A stretch of 64,000 nt of DNA from an uncultured Chitinophagales bacterium (lineage in GTDB: Bacteria; Bacteroidota; Rhodothermia; Balneolales; CAYWCV01). The notes beneath the pieces were generated by a model. That model did no database searches. It had not been told where the DNA came from and worked only from the letters and a program-made list of their open reading frames with translations. The translations under genes were made by a program, and so were the position numbers. Position 1 is the first letter of the stretch, and each line of letters opens with the position of its first letter. The stretch lies in NCBI GenBank assembly GCA_964456845.1, contig CAYWCV010000005.1, forward strand, positions 14,852 to 78,851. The letters are read 5' to 3'. Below, in pieces: positions 1-8,263 of the stretch.

Positions 1-1000
1 AACCCATCGGGAATGTATGCCTGAGAATGTCCACACTGGATGTGAGATGCGAGACGCTCGCCCTCACAGTCGACACCATCTGGTGCACGGTAGCGAAGGT
101 CCGTATTTCGAACAGGTGCTCGACCTCCACGCTGCCTTTGTCGGCGATTCGTGCCAGGTCGTTGCGTACCAAGTCGACGATCATCAAATTCTCGGCACGA
201 TCTTTTTCCGAGTTGACGAGATCGTCGATCATGGTTTGGTCCAGTTGAGGGTCCGACGATCTGGGGCGCGTGCCTTTGATGGGTTCTGAAATAACCGTAC
301 CGCCTTCCCTTTTCAAATACCTCTCTGGTGAGGCACACACGACAGAAGTATCGCCGTAGCTGACGAACGAACCCATGGGCACTGGACCTTTGGCCGTCAT
401 GTGTCGGTAAAGGTCATAGATGGTGCCATTGAGCTCCCCCTCAAGCTGATGGGTCAGATTCAGCTCGTAGTATTCCCCCTCGTGAATATCGGCCATTACG
501 CGTCGGATGGTATCCAGATAGTCAGCTTTCGACGTCGTTCCACCAGTCAATACCACATGTGAGGATTTCAGTGGAATAGATTTCGTTGCGAGCTCAAGCG
601 AACCTTCGATGAAGGTGACCTTGCCGTCTTTGTCCATTTCAACAAGGAGCGAGGGCTGTATGGCAACAAGGTCGGGCAGGCCGACCGGGTCAGAGTTATT
701 CGAGTGAAGGTGCTCGTCCTGATTCTTCAAATCGTATCCCAACGCACAAAACCACCAGCCCGGGTACTTGCCGATGGTGTCGTCGAGGGCATCCCAGGCG
801 TTTGCGTTCCAGACTTCGGAGCTTCCGTCTGCGTGCTTTAGCGTAAGCGTATTGCCATGGGCTGTCAAGATTCTAGTCGGATATGATGCTAGCAAGCTGC
901 TACCGACGAAGGGGTGCTGCGTTTCGAGCAGAAATGTGGCGCTGCTGCCTTCGAGCAGTGGCAGAAGTTCTCCGAGTTGGCGTACAGGGCGATCCGACAT
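1..1000 (-). CDS. pabB: aminodeoxychorismate/anthranilate synthase component I (chorismate-binding enzyme); C-terminus runs off the left edge
   Basis: Absent from the ORF track because it is open at the window edge. My translation of the minus strand from the ATG at 1000..998 gives MSDRPVRQLGELLPLLEG...HEGEYYELNLTHQ...GPVPMGSFVSYGD..ASPERYLKREGGTVISEPIKGTRPR...NSEKDRAENLMIVDLVRNDL, which are chorismate-binding enzyme signatures. The ATG overlaps the upstream stop (TGATG). Confidence 0.8.
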   Translation of the reverse strand, partial: MSDRPVRQLGELLPLLEGSSATFLLETQHPFVGSSLLASYPTRILTAHGNTLTLKHADGSSEVWNANAWDALDDTIGKYPGWWFCALGYDLKNQDEHLHSNNSDPVGLPDLVAIQPSLLVEMDKDGKVTFIEGSLELATKSIPLKSSHVVLTGGTTSKADYLDTIRRVMADIHEGEYYELNLTHQLEGELNGTIYDLYRHMTAKGPVPMGSFVSYGDTSVVCASPERYLKREGGTVISEPIKGTRPRSSDPQLDQTMIDDLVNSEKDRAENLMIVDLVRNDLARIADKGSVEVEHLFEIRTFATVHQMVSTVRASVSHLTSSVDILRHTFPMG

Positions 1001-1848
1001 CAGACCAGAGCGTCGTTGCGGAATTCGACCCATTTGCTTTGCAAACGCAAGACCATGTCGCTCTCAGTTTGGTAGGTCGTACGGTTGTAGGTGAGAACAG
1101 GATGAAACTCGCGTAGGGAGTTGGTCGTGAACACCGCATCGGCGGTTTCGAGCACGTTTGGGCTTGCCTTGCATTCAACGACATCCACAACCCCGTTCAT
1201 TGCTTCAATGACAAGTGACCGCATGATCCCCTGGAGGATGTCGCAGGTGGCGTCTGGGGTGTAGAGCACCCCCTCTTTCAACCAGAACAGGTTCGCCATG
1301 GTGGTTTCGCTGAGGTGGCCGTCGATGGTGCACATTACCCCTTCCTGGTATCCGGCAGCCTGGGCCTCACGTTGGGCCAGAATGTAGTTGAGCCCATTCG
1401 AGATCTTCAGGTTCGACGGCAAGCTGGCGTTGGGGATCCTTCTTGTTTGAACAAGCCCGATGTGGTTTGGTGGGGGTGTATTCCCAATAGGAAATGCATT
1501 GACGAGCAAGATGGCATCGGACCAATCTTGCGTCTGGTATCCTAGCGGACCCGACCGCCAAACTTGTATGCGGATGCGTGCCTCGGTTTCCTGAAGTTGG
1601 TTCCTTTCGAGAAGTCCGTCAATGATATGCGCGAAGCGAGCCTCGGTCGATTCTCTCGGTGGGGTGATGCCCAAGTGGTGGAGGCCGCTGTTAAGTCGGT
1701 CGACGTGGCGGTCGAGGGCCAACATGCGCCCATTCCAGGTCTTCAGCGTCTCGAAACAGCCATCGCCATAAGCTGAAGCTCGTGAAGCTGCGGGAATCGT
1801 CGCCTCAGAAACGGGCAAAAAACGGTCGTTCAGAAAAGCGAAGTTCAT
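1000..1848 (-). CDS. pabC: class IV aminotransferase-fold protein, probably aminodeoxychorismate lyase
   Basis: Track ORF 1000..1992. I trim it to the ATG at 1848 (MNFAFLNDRFLPVSEA...). It carries ASAYGDGCFETL and SETTMANLFWLKEGVLYTP..ILQGIMR, typical of class IV PLP enzymes. It is coupled directly to pabB. Confidence 0.75.
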   Translation of the reverse strand: MNFAFLNDRFLPVSEATIPAASRASAYGDGCFETLKTWNGRMLALDRHVDRLNSGLHHLGITPPRESTEARFAHIIDGLLERNQLQETEARIRIQVWRSGPLGYQTQDWSDAILLVNAFPIGNTPPPNHIGLVQTRRIPNASLPSNLKISNGLNYILAQREAQAAGYQEGVMCTIDGHLSETTMANLFWLKEGVLYTPDATCDILQGIMRSLVIEAMNGVVDVVECKASPNVLETADAVFTTNSLREFHPVLTYNRTTYQTESDMVLRLQSKWVEFRNDALV

Positions 1849-1852
1849 CGGG

Positions 1853-2383
1853 TCATTGGAGGTTTGAGAGTTGAGATTCGCCGACGAGAATTTGGACGGG
1901 CTTGGATTCGCGATTGAAGCGAATGGCTGAAGGTACGCCGGGCAGACGCAAATCGAGGTAATGGATCGTACCGTCCACGTATTCGAAGTCATGGCTCTTG
2001 CGTTCGATGTACTCGCGAGCTTCGGACCCGTTGTCCTTAACTGCAGCTGCTACAATGACGAGGGAATCCCCTCTCTGCATTTTCAGGGAGTCGAGATTTT
2101 CGAGCACTTCGAGGCTCTTGCCGGACCATGAGGCCCAGAAGATGAGGATCACCTCCCTGCCCTGGTAGGATGAGAGCTGAAGGCTGTCGGTTCCGTCGAG
2201 ATTTTGGAACCAACGCTGGTGTATCAGTGAATCGGCCGCCACGAAATCGGTCATCGTTGCACGCTGATTCTCAGCGTACCGAACGCTGAAGATGATGATC
2301 AAGCCGACCGCCAGGATGCCTATCCCGAACAAAACCCGATTAAACAGTGTGAGATCTTGGGCCATAATAAATTCTTTCTCCAA
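1853..2383 (-). CDS. membrane-anchored TlpA/ResA-like thioredoxin-fold protein lacking the CxxC cysteines
   Basis: It has an N-terminal TM helix (LFGIGILAVGLIIIF). The motif ILIFWASWSGKS sits where TlpA-like proteins have FWATWCGPC. Confidence 0.6.
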   Translation of the reverse strand: MEKEFIMAQDLTLFNRVLFGIGILAVGLIIIFSVRYAENQRATMTDFVAADSLIHQRWFQNLDGTDSLQLSSYQGREVILIFWASWSGKSLEVLENLDSLKMQRGDSLVIVAAAVKDNGSEAREYIERKSHDFEYVDGTIHYLDLRLPGVPSAIRFNRESKPVQILVGESQLSNLQ

Positions 2384-2401
2384 AGATAGAGAAAGAAGGG
2401 T

Positions 2402-4219
2402 TCACTTTTCGAGCAACCTCACAACAAGGGCCGAACGTGGCGGCAGAAATCCTAAAAGTGTTCCACCCGGCATATCGACGGTATCACCGCCGATGATGAG
2501 GGCGACGTCAGGTGACGGCATTGGTGGAACGGCATCTCGCACAGAAAGCGTGTCGGCCGACTTGTTCAGCAGCACAAAAACCGTCTCATCCTCGAAGGAC
2601 CGTGTGTAGCCGAACAGTCCTGTTTCGTCGTCTGCGATCTGTATGTTTACGTCACCCAACCGGAGTGATTTGTACTCGCTGCGCAGGCGCATCAAGGTGC
2701 GGTACCAGCCGTGCAGCTCGTTGTCAAAAACGACCTTGTCGGGGTTTCTTGCATCGCCGAGCGGATGGGTTGCCTCGTCTTGATAGGTGAAATCGGGCCA
2801 AATCATGGGCTTACGGTCGTCAGGATCGTCGGCACCCCACATTCCAGCCTCGGTACCGTAGTAGATCATAGGTGCCCCAGGCCATGTGTGTTGGAAGAGT
2901 GCCATCAACATGAGCGTCTCACGGGCTTGTGAACCTGGGTATGAGACGTTGTAGGCGGCATTGTCGCGAGGCAACGCCTGACGGTCGTATTCACGGCCAG
3001 GGTTCACGATCATGGAGAAGAGGCGGTCGGTGTCGTGGCTGTCGAGCAGGTTCTGCATGGCGAGCCTCGATGAGGCGGGCCACGACTCGTACACCTCCAT
3101 CTGCCTGCGGGCTAAGCCGGACGCCGTTTCGGTTCCGTTGATGAAGAAGTCGACTGTTGGGTACGCCCAGCGGTAGTTCATCACTGCCGTGAACATGCTC
3201 TCGTTTACGTACTCGAGGGCACGGTCGGTCCATATCTCTGCGATGGTGACGGCGTGCGGATTGATGCTTCGCACGTGTGCGTGCCATTCTGTCCAGAAGC
3301 GGTTGCCGACCTCCTCCGCCACGTCGAGACGCCATCCATTTATGCCATCGGAGGGGTCGCCGTCGCCATTTGGATCCATCCAGCGGCTGGTGGCGGCAAA
3401 GATATAATCGCGTACCGGGTCGGGCAGTCCGCCCTCATGGTCACGAAACTCGGGCAAACCCTTGTAGCCCCACCATCCTTCGTAGTCGAACTCGTTCTGG
3501 GGTGTTGCAGGATCATCCCAGGATGTGATGCTGTACCAATCTTTGTAGGGTGAATCCTGCTGATTGGAAACAATGTCGCGGAAAGCCCAGAAATCGGGTC
3601 CGGTATGATTCCACACCCCGTCGATCACGACGCGTATGCCGCGCTTTCTTGCCTCGTTGAGCATCTTCAAGAAGAGCTTGTCGGCGCTGGTCCACTGCCA
3701 TGTAGTCGGATCATTGGGATCCTCTTGTTCCATGATGGCGGCGTCGCCGGCGGGATCGGGTCCGAAAAAGCGGTCGATGTGATGAAAGGTACTGCCGTCG
3801 TACTTGTGCATGGAAACGGCGTCGAAGACCGGATTGAAATAGATGGCGTTGACTCCCAAATCGGCGAGGTAGTCGAGGCGGTCGATCACTCCCTGAAGGT
3901 CGCCGCCATAACGGCGCGTGGTTGCGGTTCGGTAAAAATCGGTGGACACTGCCTGCTGCCAAGGCTGCAGCTCGTACCAGTCGGAGGTCCATGGCGTAAT
4001 TTCCCAGCCTTCGGGACCGTTGATCCGCTCGCGGGTCGGATCGTTCGAGGGATCGCCGTTAGCGAAGCGTTCGGGAAAGATCTGGTACCAATTGGCGGAA
4101 AGGTGCCAATCGGGGTCGATCGGCAGGGTGGCCTGCGGATCAGGCGGTGGAGTTGGAGAGGCACATGCCGACAGCCTCAGAGCTATGACTGCGAGTAGGG
4201 TGCGTGATATGGGTGCCAT
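2402..4219 (-). CDS. GH13 alpha-amylase family lipoprotein (neopullulanase/cyclomaltodextrinase-like)
   Basis: Lipobox LRLSAC. GH13 regions are present: YQIFPERFANGD, GGDLQGVIDRLDYLADLGVNAIYFNPVF, RVVIDGVWNHTG, GWRLDVAEEV, IAEIW, LLDSHDTDR. Confidence 0.85.
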   Translation of the reverse strand: MAPISRTLLAVIALRLSACASPTPPPDPQATLPIDPDWHLSANWYQIFPERFANGDPSNDPTRERINGPEGWEITPWTSDWYELQPWQQAVSTDFYRTATTRRYGGDLQGVIDRLDYLADLGVNAIYFNPVFDAVSMHKYDGSTFHHIDRFFGPDPAGDAAIMEQEDPNDPTTWQWTSADKLFLKMLNEARKRGIRVVIDGVWNHTGPDFWAFRDIVSNQQDSPYKDWYSITSWDDPATPQNEFDYEGWWGYKGLPEFRDHEGGLPDPVRDYIFAATSRWMDPNGDGDPSDGINGWRLDVAEEVGNRFWTEWHAHVRSINPHAVTIAEIWTDRALEYVNESMFTAVMNYRWAYPTVDFFINGTETASGLARRQMEVYESWPASSRLAMQNLLDSHDTDRLFSMIVNPGREYDRQALPRDNAAYNVSYPGSQARETLMLMALFQHTWPGAPMIYYGTEAGMWGADDPDDRKPMIWPDFTYQDEATHPLGDARNPDKVVFDNELHGWYRTLMRLRSEYKSLRLGDVNIQIADDETGLFGYTRSFEDETVFVLLNKSADTLSVRDAVPPMPSPDVALIIGGDTVDMPGGTLLGFLPPRSALVVRLLEK

Positions 4220-4227
4220 GGACGGGC

Positions 4228-7137
4228 TTATTTAATGAGCAGGATTTTCTGGTTTCGGACGGAGTTGTTCGAAGTGAGGCGCACCAGGTAGGTTCCGCTG
4301 GCCAGGCTTTGTGCGTCGAAGACGTGCTCATGGCGTCCTGCGGGGAGGGTGCGATTGTTGAGGAGGGAGGCGACCCTGCGGCCGAGGATGTCGTAGATTT
4401 CGAGGGTGATGTCGCTGCGCGCGGGCAGCTCGAACGAGAGCACCGTGCTCGGGTTGAACGGGTTCGGGTAGTTCGGCAGCAAGGCAAGCTCGGTGGGCAA
4501 CGCCGACGGCTCGTCGTCGAGGTCTGTGCTGATCATGCCACGGCGGTCGCCCGCAATTTGTTTGCTCGTGTAGAGACGGAATTCACCCGGAAGCATGGGG
4601 AATGTGTTGGATACGTTATCGATCGTAATCGACGTACCTCGGAAGTAATCGTACCACGTGCCCGTTTTCGTGAAATTGACGGGTGCGCTCGCCGCAACAA
4701 CGCTAAAGTTGCCAACCAGCACGACATCCATGTCCTCATGCTGAAGGATGATGCGCTTTACGGCGCCACCCGTGTCCATCGTGAAGTTAGTAGTCGAAAA
4801 TGCCGGCTCGGTTTTCTTGAGGTGTATCAATTCCGAATAGACCGAAAACAGACGTTGATTGTCGTCATCAAGATAGATGTTGTTCCAAGGCAGCGGTTTT
4901 TCGGTGAGTCGGCACGCATCAGAGATGGAACCGTTCAAGCATCGGTTGATCGACTGGGCATACCCGAGCTCGCCGAACTGCCAGATCATCTTGGGTCCCG
5001 GTGTCGTAAGCAAGAATGCCGCCGCTGCCTTCGTACGCTCGAGTGCGACGGCAGGAATCCGTACACTTGGAGTGCCGAAAGTGGATCCAAAGTTTAGATT
5101 TCGGTACATGATGCGCTCCTCGTCATGGCTTTCCATGTAGCCGATGAGGTGAGGCTGTTGCCAGACACGGTTTTTGTAGGAGAGGCTGTTAAAATTCGAG
5201 TTGGAGTTGAAGCCCATCGTGGCTTCGTTGAAAACATGGTTCAGGTTGCCCCATAGCATCATGCCGTAGTCGGCCAGTTGGCGCTCCTCCGTGTTTTCGG
5301 CGAAGTGCTCGAGGATGACGTAGAAATTCGGATTGATGTCCCACATGAAGTCAGACAGATCCTTCCACAGGTTGATGCGGTTGATATCTACCTGTCCCCA
5401 GGCACTGACATTTCCAAGGGTGTTCTTCTGAGTGAATCCTTTGGATAGGTCAAAGCGGTATCCATCGATCTTATACTCACGCATCCAATGCTCAATCACA
5501 CGCCGCGTGAAATAACGGGTGGCCGTCGATTCGTGGTTGAAATCGTTACCGACGTTGAAATCGTGCTTCGGGGTGACATTGAACCACGGGTTATCGGGTG
5601 TGACGGGACCGTATGGTCCGCTGGCGTACATCCGCACAAGAGGCGATTGGCCGAAGGCATGATTGAGAACAATATCCAAAATGACAGCAATTCCGCGTTT
5701 GTGGGCCTCATCCACAAACCGTTTGAATGCGTGTTCAGTACCGTAGAATTTATCGAGTGCGACGTGGAACGACGGATTGTAGCCCCAGCTTAAATTCCCT
5801 TCGAACTCATTCACCGGCATGAGTTGGATGGCGTTGATGCCGAGTCGCTGCAGGTAATCGAGGGTGTCGACGAGGGTTTCGTAGCTGCGCGTGCCCACGA
5901 AATCGCGCAGAAGGAGCTCATAGATCACCAGTTTCTCCTTGGGTGGCGGCACGAAATCGGTCACCTCCCACTGGTATTCGGCTTTGCCCGGCTGAAGCAG
6001 GCCAACGGCAAACTCCGTTTTCCCTGAGGGATATGCCTTCAGGTTGGGATACACGGTAGTCGGGATGAACCGGTCGTCGAACGGGTCGAGGATCTTTTCG
6101 CTGTAGGGGTCGGCGACTCGTACGCTGCCATCCACCAAATATTGAAAGCCGTATTCGAGCCCGGGCTCGAATATGTCGAGGGTGATCCAGAACCGCACGC
6201 TGTCGGGGGTGATTTCGTGTCGGTTCATGATGTAGCCAGGATCAGCCTGCCAATCGTTCATGTCGCCGATCACGTACACGAAATCCTTACGTGGTGCATA
6301 CAGTACGAGAGTGATTTCGGACGGTTTCGATTCGTTGTAATTGATGCCGTCCTTCATGCCCACGGGTACGGGCACGTTTGTCCGTCCAGGATTCACGATG
6401 ATGCGCAGCGTGTCGCGCTTAATGGCTTGGTTTGAGAACGTGGCGGTGGCAACCAGCTCAAGGGCGCCTGGACCCTCGGGTGTCAGGGTGTAGTTGAGGG
6501 TGTCGTTTGCGATGGTTGACACTTGCTCACCATTGATGCTGAGGCTGATGGATGTAACGCCAGACGTGGTCTGTGCGACTGCGCGCACGAGAGTAGGCTC
6601 ATCGACTTCCGCGAACGCTGGGTAGAATGCCGATGACGACGGGGTTGTGAAACGGACGAGATCGGCCTCCTGGGCCACATCTACAAAGATATCGGCATTC
6701 CCCACGCCCTTACCTTCTCGGTTTGGCGTCGGACCCTCGTTCCTGAACACCATCGCCAGTTTCAAAATCTGTTCATTCCCGAGACAGTTGGATCCTTTGT
6801 TGTAATAGGCGCGAATGTCGTTGATGGTAAGTCGGTAGATGTTCGGATTCTGCGGGTCGCGGGTCATCAGGTTGATCGAATCAATATCTTGCCCCCAGTT
6901 GGTGACCACGCACCGCCACGCGGACGGACCGCTGCTCAGGTTGGTGATCACGCCTGTGTGGATGTACACCTTGCCGGCGTAGTTTTCGAGTCCCTTGTTG
7001 CCCTGGCTGGCGTTGAAAACGATGGTGACCGGCTGATCGAGTGTCGGGACAGCGGGGATCGTGGTTACCTGAGCACGGACAGATCCGATACCCATCAAAA
7101 GAAAAAAGGCCAGTAGGCCGCTAGAACGTAGACGCAT
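4228..7137 (-). CDS. secreted GH13 alpha-glucan hydrolase with T9SS C-terminal sorting domain
   Basis: Signal peptide present. GH13 regions are LDYLQRLGINAIQLMPVNEF, AVILDIVLNHA, DGYRFDLSKGF, ILEHF, YMESHDEER. The C-terminus LPNYPNPFNPSTVLSFELP...GTYLVRL...KILLIK is a T9SS CTD. Confidence 0.85.
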   Translation of the reverse strand: MRLRSSGLLAFFLLMGIGSVRAQVTTIPAVPTLDQPVTIVFNASQGNKGLENYAGKVYIHTGVITNLSSGPSAWRCVVTNWGQDIDSINLMTRDPQNPNIYRLTINDIRAYYNKGSNCLGNEQILKLAMVFRNEGPTPNREGKGVGNADIFVDVAQEADLVRFTTPSSSAFYPAFAEVDEPTLVRAVAQTTSGVTSISLSINGEQVSTIANDTLNYTLTPEGPGALELVATATFSNQAIKRDTLRIIVNPGRTNVPVPVGMKDGINYNESKPSEITLVLYAPRKDFVYVIGDMNDWQADPGYIMNRHEITPDSVRFWITLDIFEPGLEYGFQYLVDGSVRVADPYSEKILDPFDDRFIPTTVYPNLKAYPSGKTEFAVGLLQPGKAEYQWEVTDFVPPPKEKLVIYELLLRDFVGTRSYETLVDTLDYLQRLGINAIQLMPVNEFEGNLSWGYNPSFHVALDKFYGTEHAFKRFVDEAHKRGIAVILDIVLNHAFGQSPLVRMYASGPYGPVTPDNPWFNVTPKHDFNVGNDFNHESTATRYFTRRVIEHWMREYKIDGYRFDLSKGFTQKNTLGNVSAWGQVDINRINLWKDLSDFMWDINPNFYVILEHFAENTEERQLADYGMMLWGNLNHVFNEATMGFNSNSNFNSLSYKNRVWQQPHLIGYMESHDEERIMYRNLNFGSTFGTPSVRIPAVALERTKAAAAFLLTTPGPKMIWQFGELGYAQSINRCLNGSISDACRLTEKPLPWNNIYLDDDNQRLFSVYSELIHLKKTEPAFSTTNFTMDTGGAVKRIILQHEDMDVVLVGNFSVVAASAPVNFTKTGTWYDYFRGTSITIDNVSNTFPMLPGEFRLYTSKQIAGDRRGMISTDLDDEPSALPTELALLPNYPNPFNPSTVLSFELPARSDITLEIYDILGRRVASLLNNRTLPAGRHEHVFDAQSLASGTYLVRLTSNNSVRNQKILLIK

Positions 7138-7166
7138 CTTTAAGAAGGTTTGAGAGCCGGCAGGAT

Positions 7167-8228
7167 TTATGGCTGGGCGGTCTCGGTGGCTTGGTTTAGA
7201 ACCGTGGTGGATGATCGCAGTATGAGTTCGGGTGAGAAAATGGTGTGCGACACCATGCGCTCCGGATTTTCAATACGGTCCATAAGTTTGTCGAGCGCCA
7301 TTGCGCCCATTTCGTACATGGGTTGCCGCATCGTGCTCAATCCCAGGAATCGGGAAATTTGAATGTCGTCGAATCCGATGATAGGTATGCTTCTTTCTGA
7401 ATCCCGCATGGCCTTCAAAGCTCCCAATGCCTGTATGTCGGATGCACAAAAGCACGCATCGGGCTTGATCGGATGGTTTAGGATTTTCATCATGGCGGCG
7501 TAACCGGCCTGTTCGGTGAAACCATCGCGGTAGGTGTCGTCGCCACATACGATGAGGTCGGGGTCGACCAAACGCCCCGAATCTTCAAGAGCCCGCTTAT
7601 AACCGTGAATACGGTCGCGTATCGGTTTAGAAGACTCCACAGCCGATATCATAGCCACACTTTGGCATCCTGAGTCAATCAGATATTTTGTGGCCGTGTA
7701 GGCGCCTTCCACGCTGTCGACGCTCACAGAGTCGAATTTGGGCGAGAATTCGTCGACTAGCACTATAGGTACCTTGAATCGAAGCAAGGACTCCCAGTCC
7801 ATCTCGGGTAGATGCACAGAGACAAGTGCATAGCCGTCGGCCAGTCCCTTTTTCATCACGTACTCGACCTGATTTCGGAGCTCTTCGGCAGTCTCGAAAC
7901 CTTTAATATTGTAGATGTTCAGGTCGTACTCGAATTCAAGAAGCTTGTCTTGCATTCCTGCCAAGATCTCCATGAAATAATAATTGGAGAGGATTGGCAC
8001 GATAAGAATGATGGTCTTGGTGTTTCTGCGCGCCAGACCTTGCGCAAATGCCCGCGGATGGTAGCCCATCGACTCGGCGACATCTAGGATCTTTTGCCTC
8101 GTTTTGGGACTTACGTTCGTGTTGTTGTTGAACACGCGTGAGACGGTGGCGATGCTTACCCCGGCTGACTTGGCGATATCGTATATGTTGATGGACAACG
8201 CAGTATCGAATTCGACGCGTGCCCGCAC
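7167..8228 (-). CDS. LacI-family transcriptional regulator
   Basis: HTH IYDIAKSAGVSIATVSRVFNN followed by a periplasmic-binding-fold sugar sensor. The track start at 8228 is GTG and lies inside a GC hairpin. A TTG at 8198 (MSINIYDIAK...) is the more likely start. Confidence 0.9.
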   Translation of the reverse strand: MRARVEFDTALSINIYDIAKSAGVSIATVSRVFNNNTNVSPKTRQKILDVAESMGYHPRAFAQGLARRNTKTIILIVPILSNYYFMEILAGMQDKLLEFEYDLNIYNIKGFETAEELRNQVEYVMKKGLADGYALVSVHLPEMDWESLLRFKVPIVLVDEFSPKFDSVSVDSVEGAYTATKYLIDSGCQSVAMISAVESSKPIRDRIHGYKRALEDSGRLVDPDLIVCGDDTYRDGFTEQAGYAAMMKILNHPIKPDACFCASDIQALGALKAMRDSERSIPIIGFDDIQISRFLGLSTMRQPMYEMGAMALDKLMDRIENPERMVSHTIFSPELILRSSTTVLNQATETAQP

Positions 8229-8247
8229 CCCAAAGTTGGGGTGCGGG
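8222..8247 (-). terminator. GC-rich stem-loop between the CBM20-like gene and lacI (10-bp stem CCCGCACCCC/GGGGTGCGGG, 6-nt loop); no U-tract
   Basis: Perfect inverted repeat read directly from the sequence, 16 nt after the stop at 8264. The absence of a T-run makes a classical intrinsic terminator uncertain. Confidence 0.35.
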
Positions 8248-8263
8248 TCGCATCGTGAAGGTA

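Noticed and set aside
4440-4480. A recurring nucleotide string resembling AACCCGTTCAACCC / GGGTTGAACGGGTT at 4447, 8485, 31975, 39858 and 42030, which I considered as a dispersed DNA repeat or CRISPR-like element.
   Set aside because: Each copy lies inside a different large ORF and encodes the conserved NPFNPST motif of the T9SS sorting domain. The flanks are not conserved at the DNA level, and there is no repeat-spacer periodicity.
4204-5097. Long antisense ORFs opposite real genes (this 297-aa one, plus 14068..14868, 15283..16119, 17393..18130, 19251..19913, 36137..36832, 50030..50803, 51277..51996, 53942..54676).
   Set aside because: Each lies entirely within a confidently assigned gene on the other strand. 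They are Arg/Val/Gly-rich shadow frames with no recognisable motifs, signal peptides or start context. This is typical of GC3-biased genes.
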